Assembly: GCA_045594385.1 (NCBI GenBank)
Contig: JAZNYM010000032.1
Coordinates: 8,339 to 72,338, forward strand
DNA from: Bacteroidaceae bacterium
GTDB lineage: Bacteria; Bacteroidota; Bacteroidia; Bacteroidales; Bacteroidaceae
Length of the DNA stretch: 64,000 nt
Direction of reading: 5' to 3'
In this document: positions 63,996 to 64,000 of the stretch, piece after piece
Numbering within the stretch: position 1 is the stretch's first letter
Layout of the letters: each line of letters starts with the position of its first letter
Made by a program: the position numbers and the translations under genes
Notes under the pieces: generated by a model
Told to the model about the DNA's origin: nothing
Database searches by the model: none
Seen by the model: the letters and a program-made list of their open reading frames with translations, nothing else

Positions 63996-64000
63996 CGGAG

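Overview
This looks like a chromosomal segment of a Bacteroidota genome, probably Bacteroidales and Prevotella/Segatella-like. The phylum call rests on TAnnTTTG -7 promoter boxes in front of several genes and both RNA genes, on type IX secretion (T9SS) components, and on a tmRNA tag ending in YALAA.

Contents:
- Housekeeping genes: a purH-like AICAR transformylase, rny, zapA, htrA, mscS, nifJ (PFOR), mtgA and a GH20 hexosaminidase.
- Two structured RNA genes: tmRNA at 7242-7645 (-) and RNase P RNA at 39305-39715 (-).
- A TonB-dependent receptor operon with a beta-propeller lipoprotein.
- A roughly 25 kb, visibly AT-rich Wzx/Wzy-type polysaccharide locus (7.9-33.5 kb). It carries wza, wzz, wzy, glycosyltransferases (GTs), wzx, wecB/wecC, a WecA-GT4 fusion, wzi and wzc.
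- A second small glycan locus (45.6-51.6 kb).
- An HprK-like kinase / S26-like peptidase / PqqD cassette (41.6-43.7 kb) with no recognisable peptide precursor.

The most unusual property of the window is not a gene. Almost every intergenic gap in the GC-rich parts is built from a small library of reusable simple-sequence modules:
- 7-bp arrays: GGTGAGC, GTTTCAA, TTTTCCG.
- 9-bp arrays: CTAGN5, GAGTAATCN.
- 22-bp arrays whose units each contain a palindrome.
- G-run/C-run hairpins.

These modules occur in both orientations. They often directly abut or supply stop codons, in one case they supply a start codon plus signal peptide, and they bracket genes as long inverted repeats. I cannot match them to any described repeat family from memory.

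All coordinates and products come from reading the sequence and the ORF track. No searches were run.
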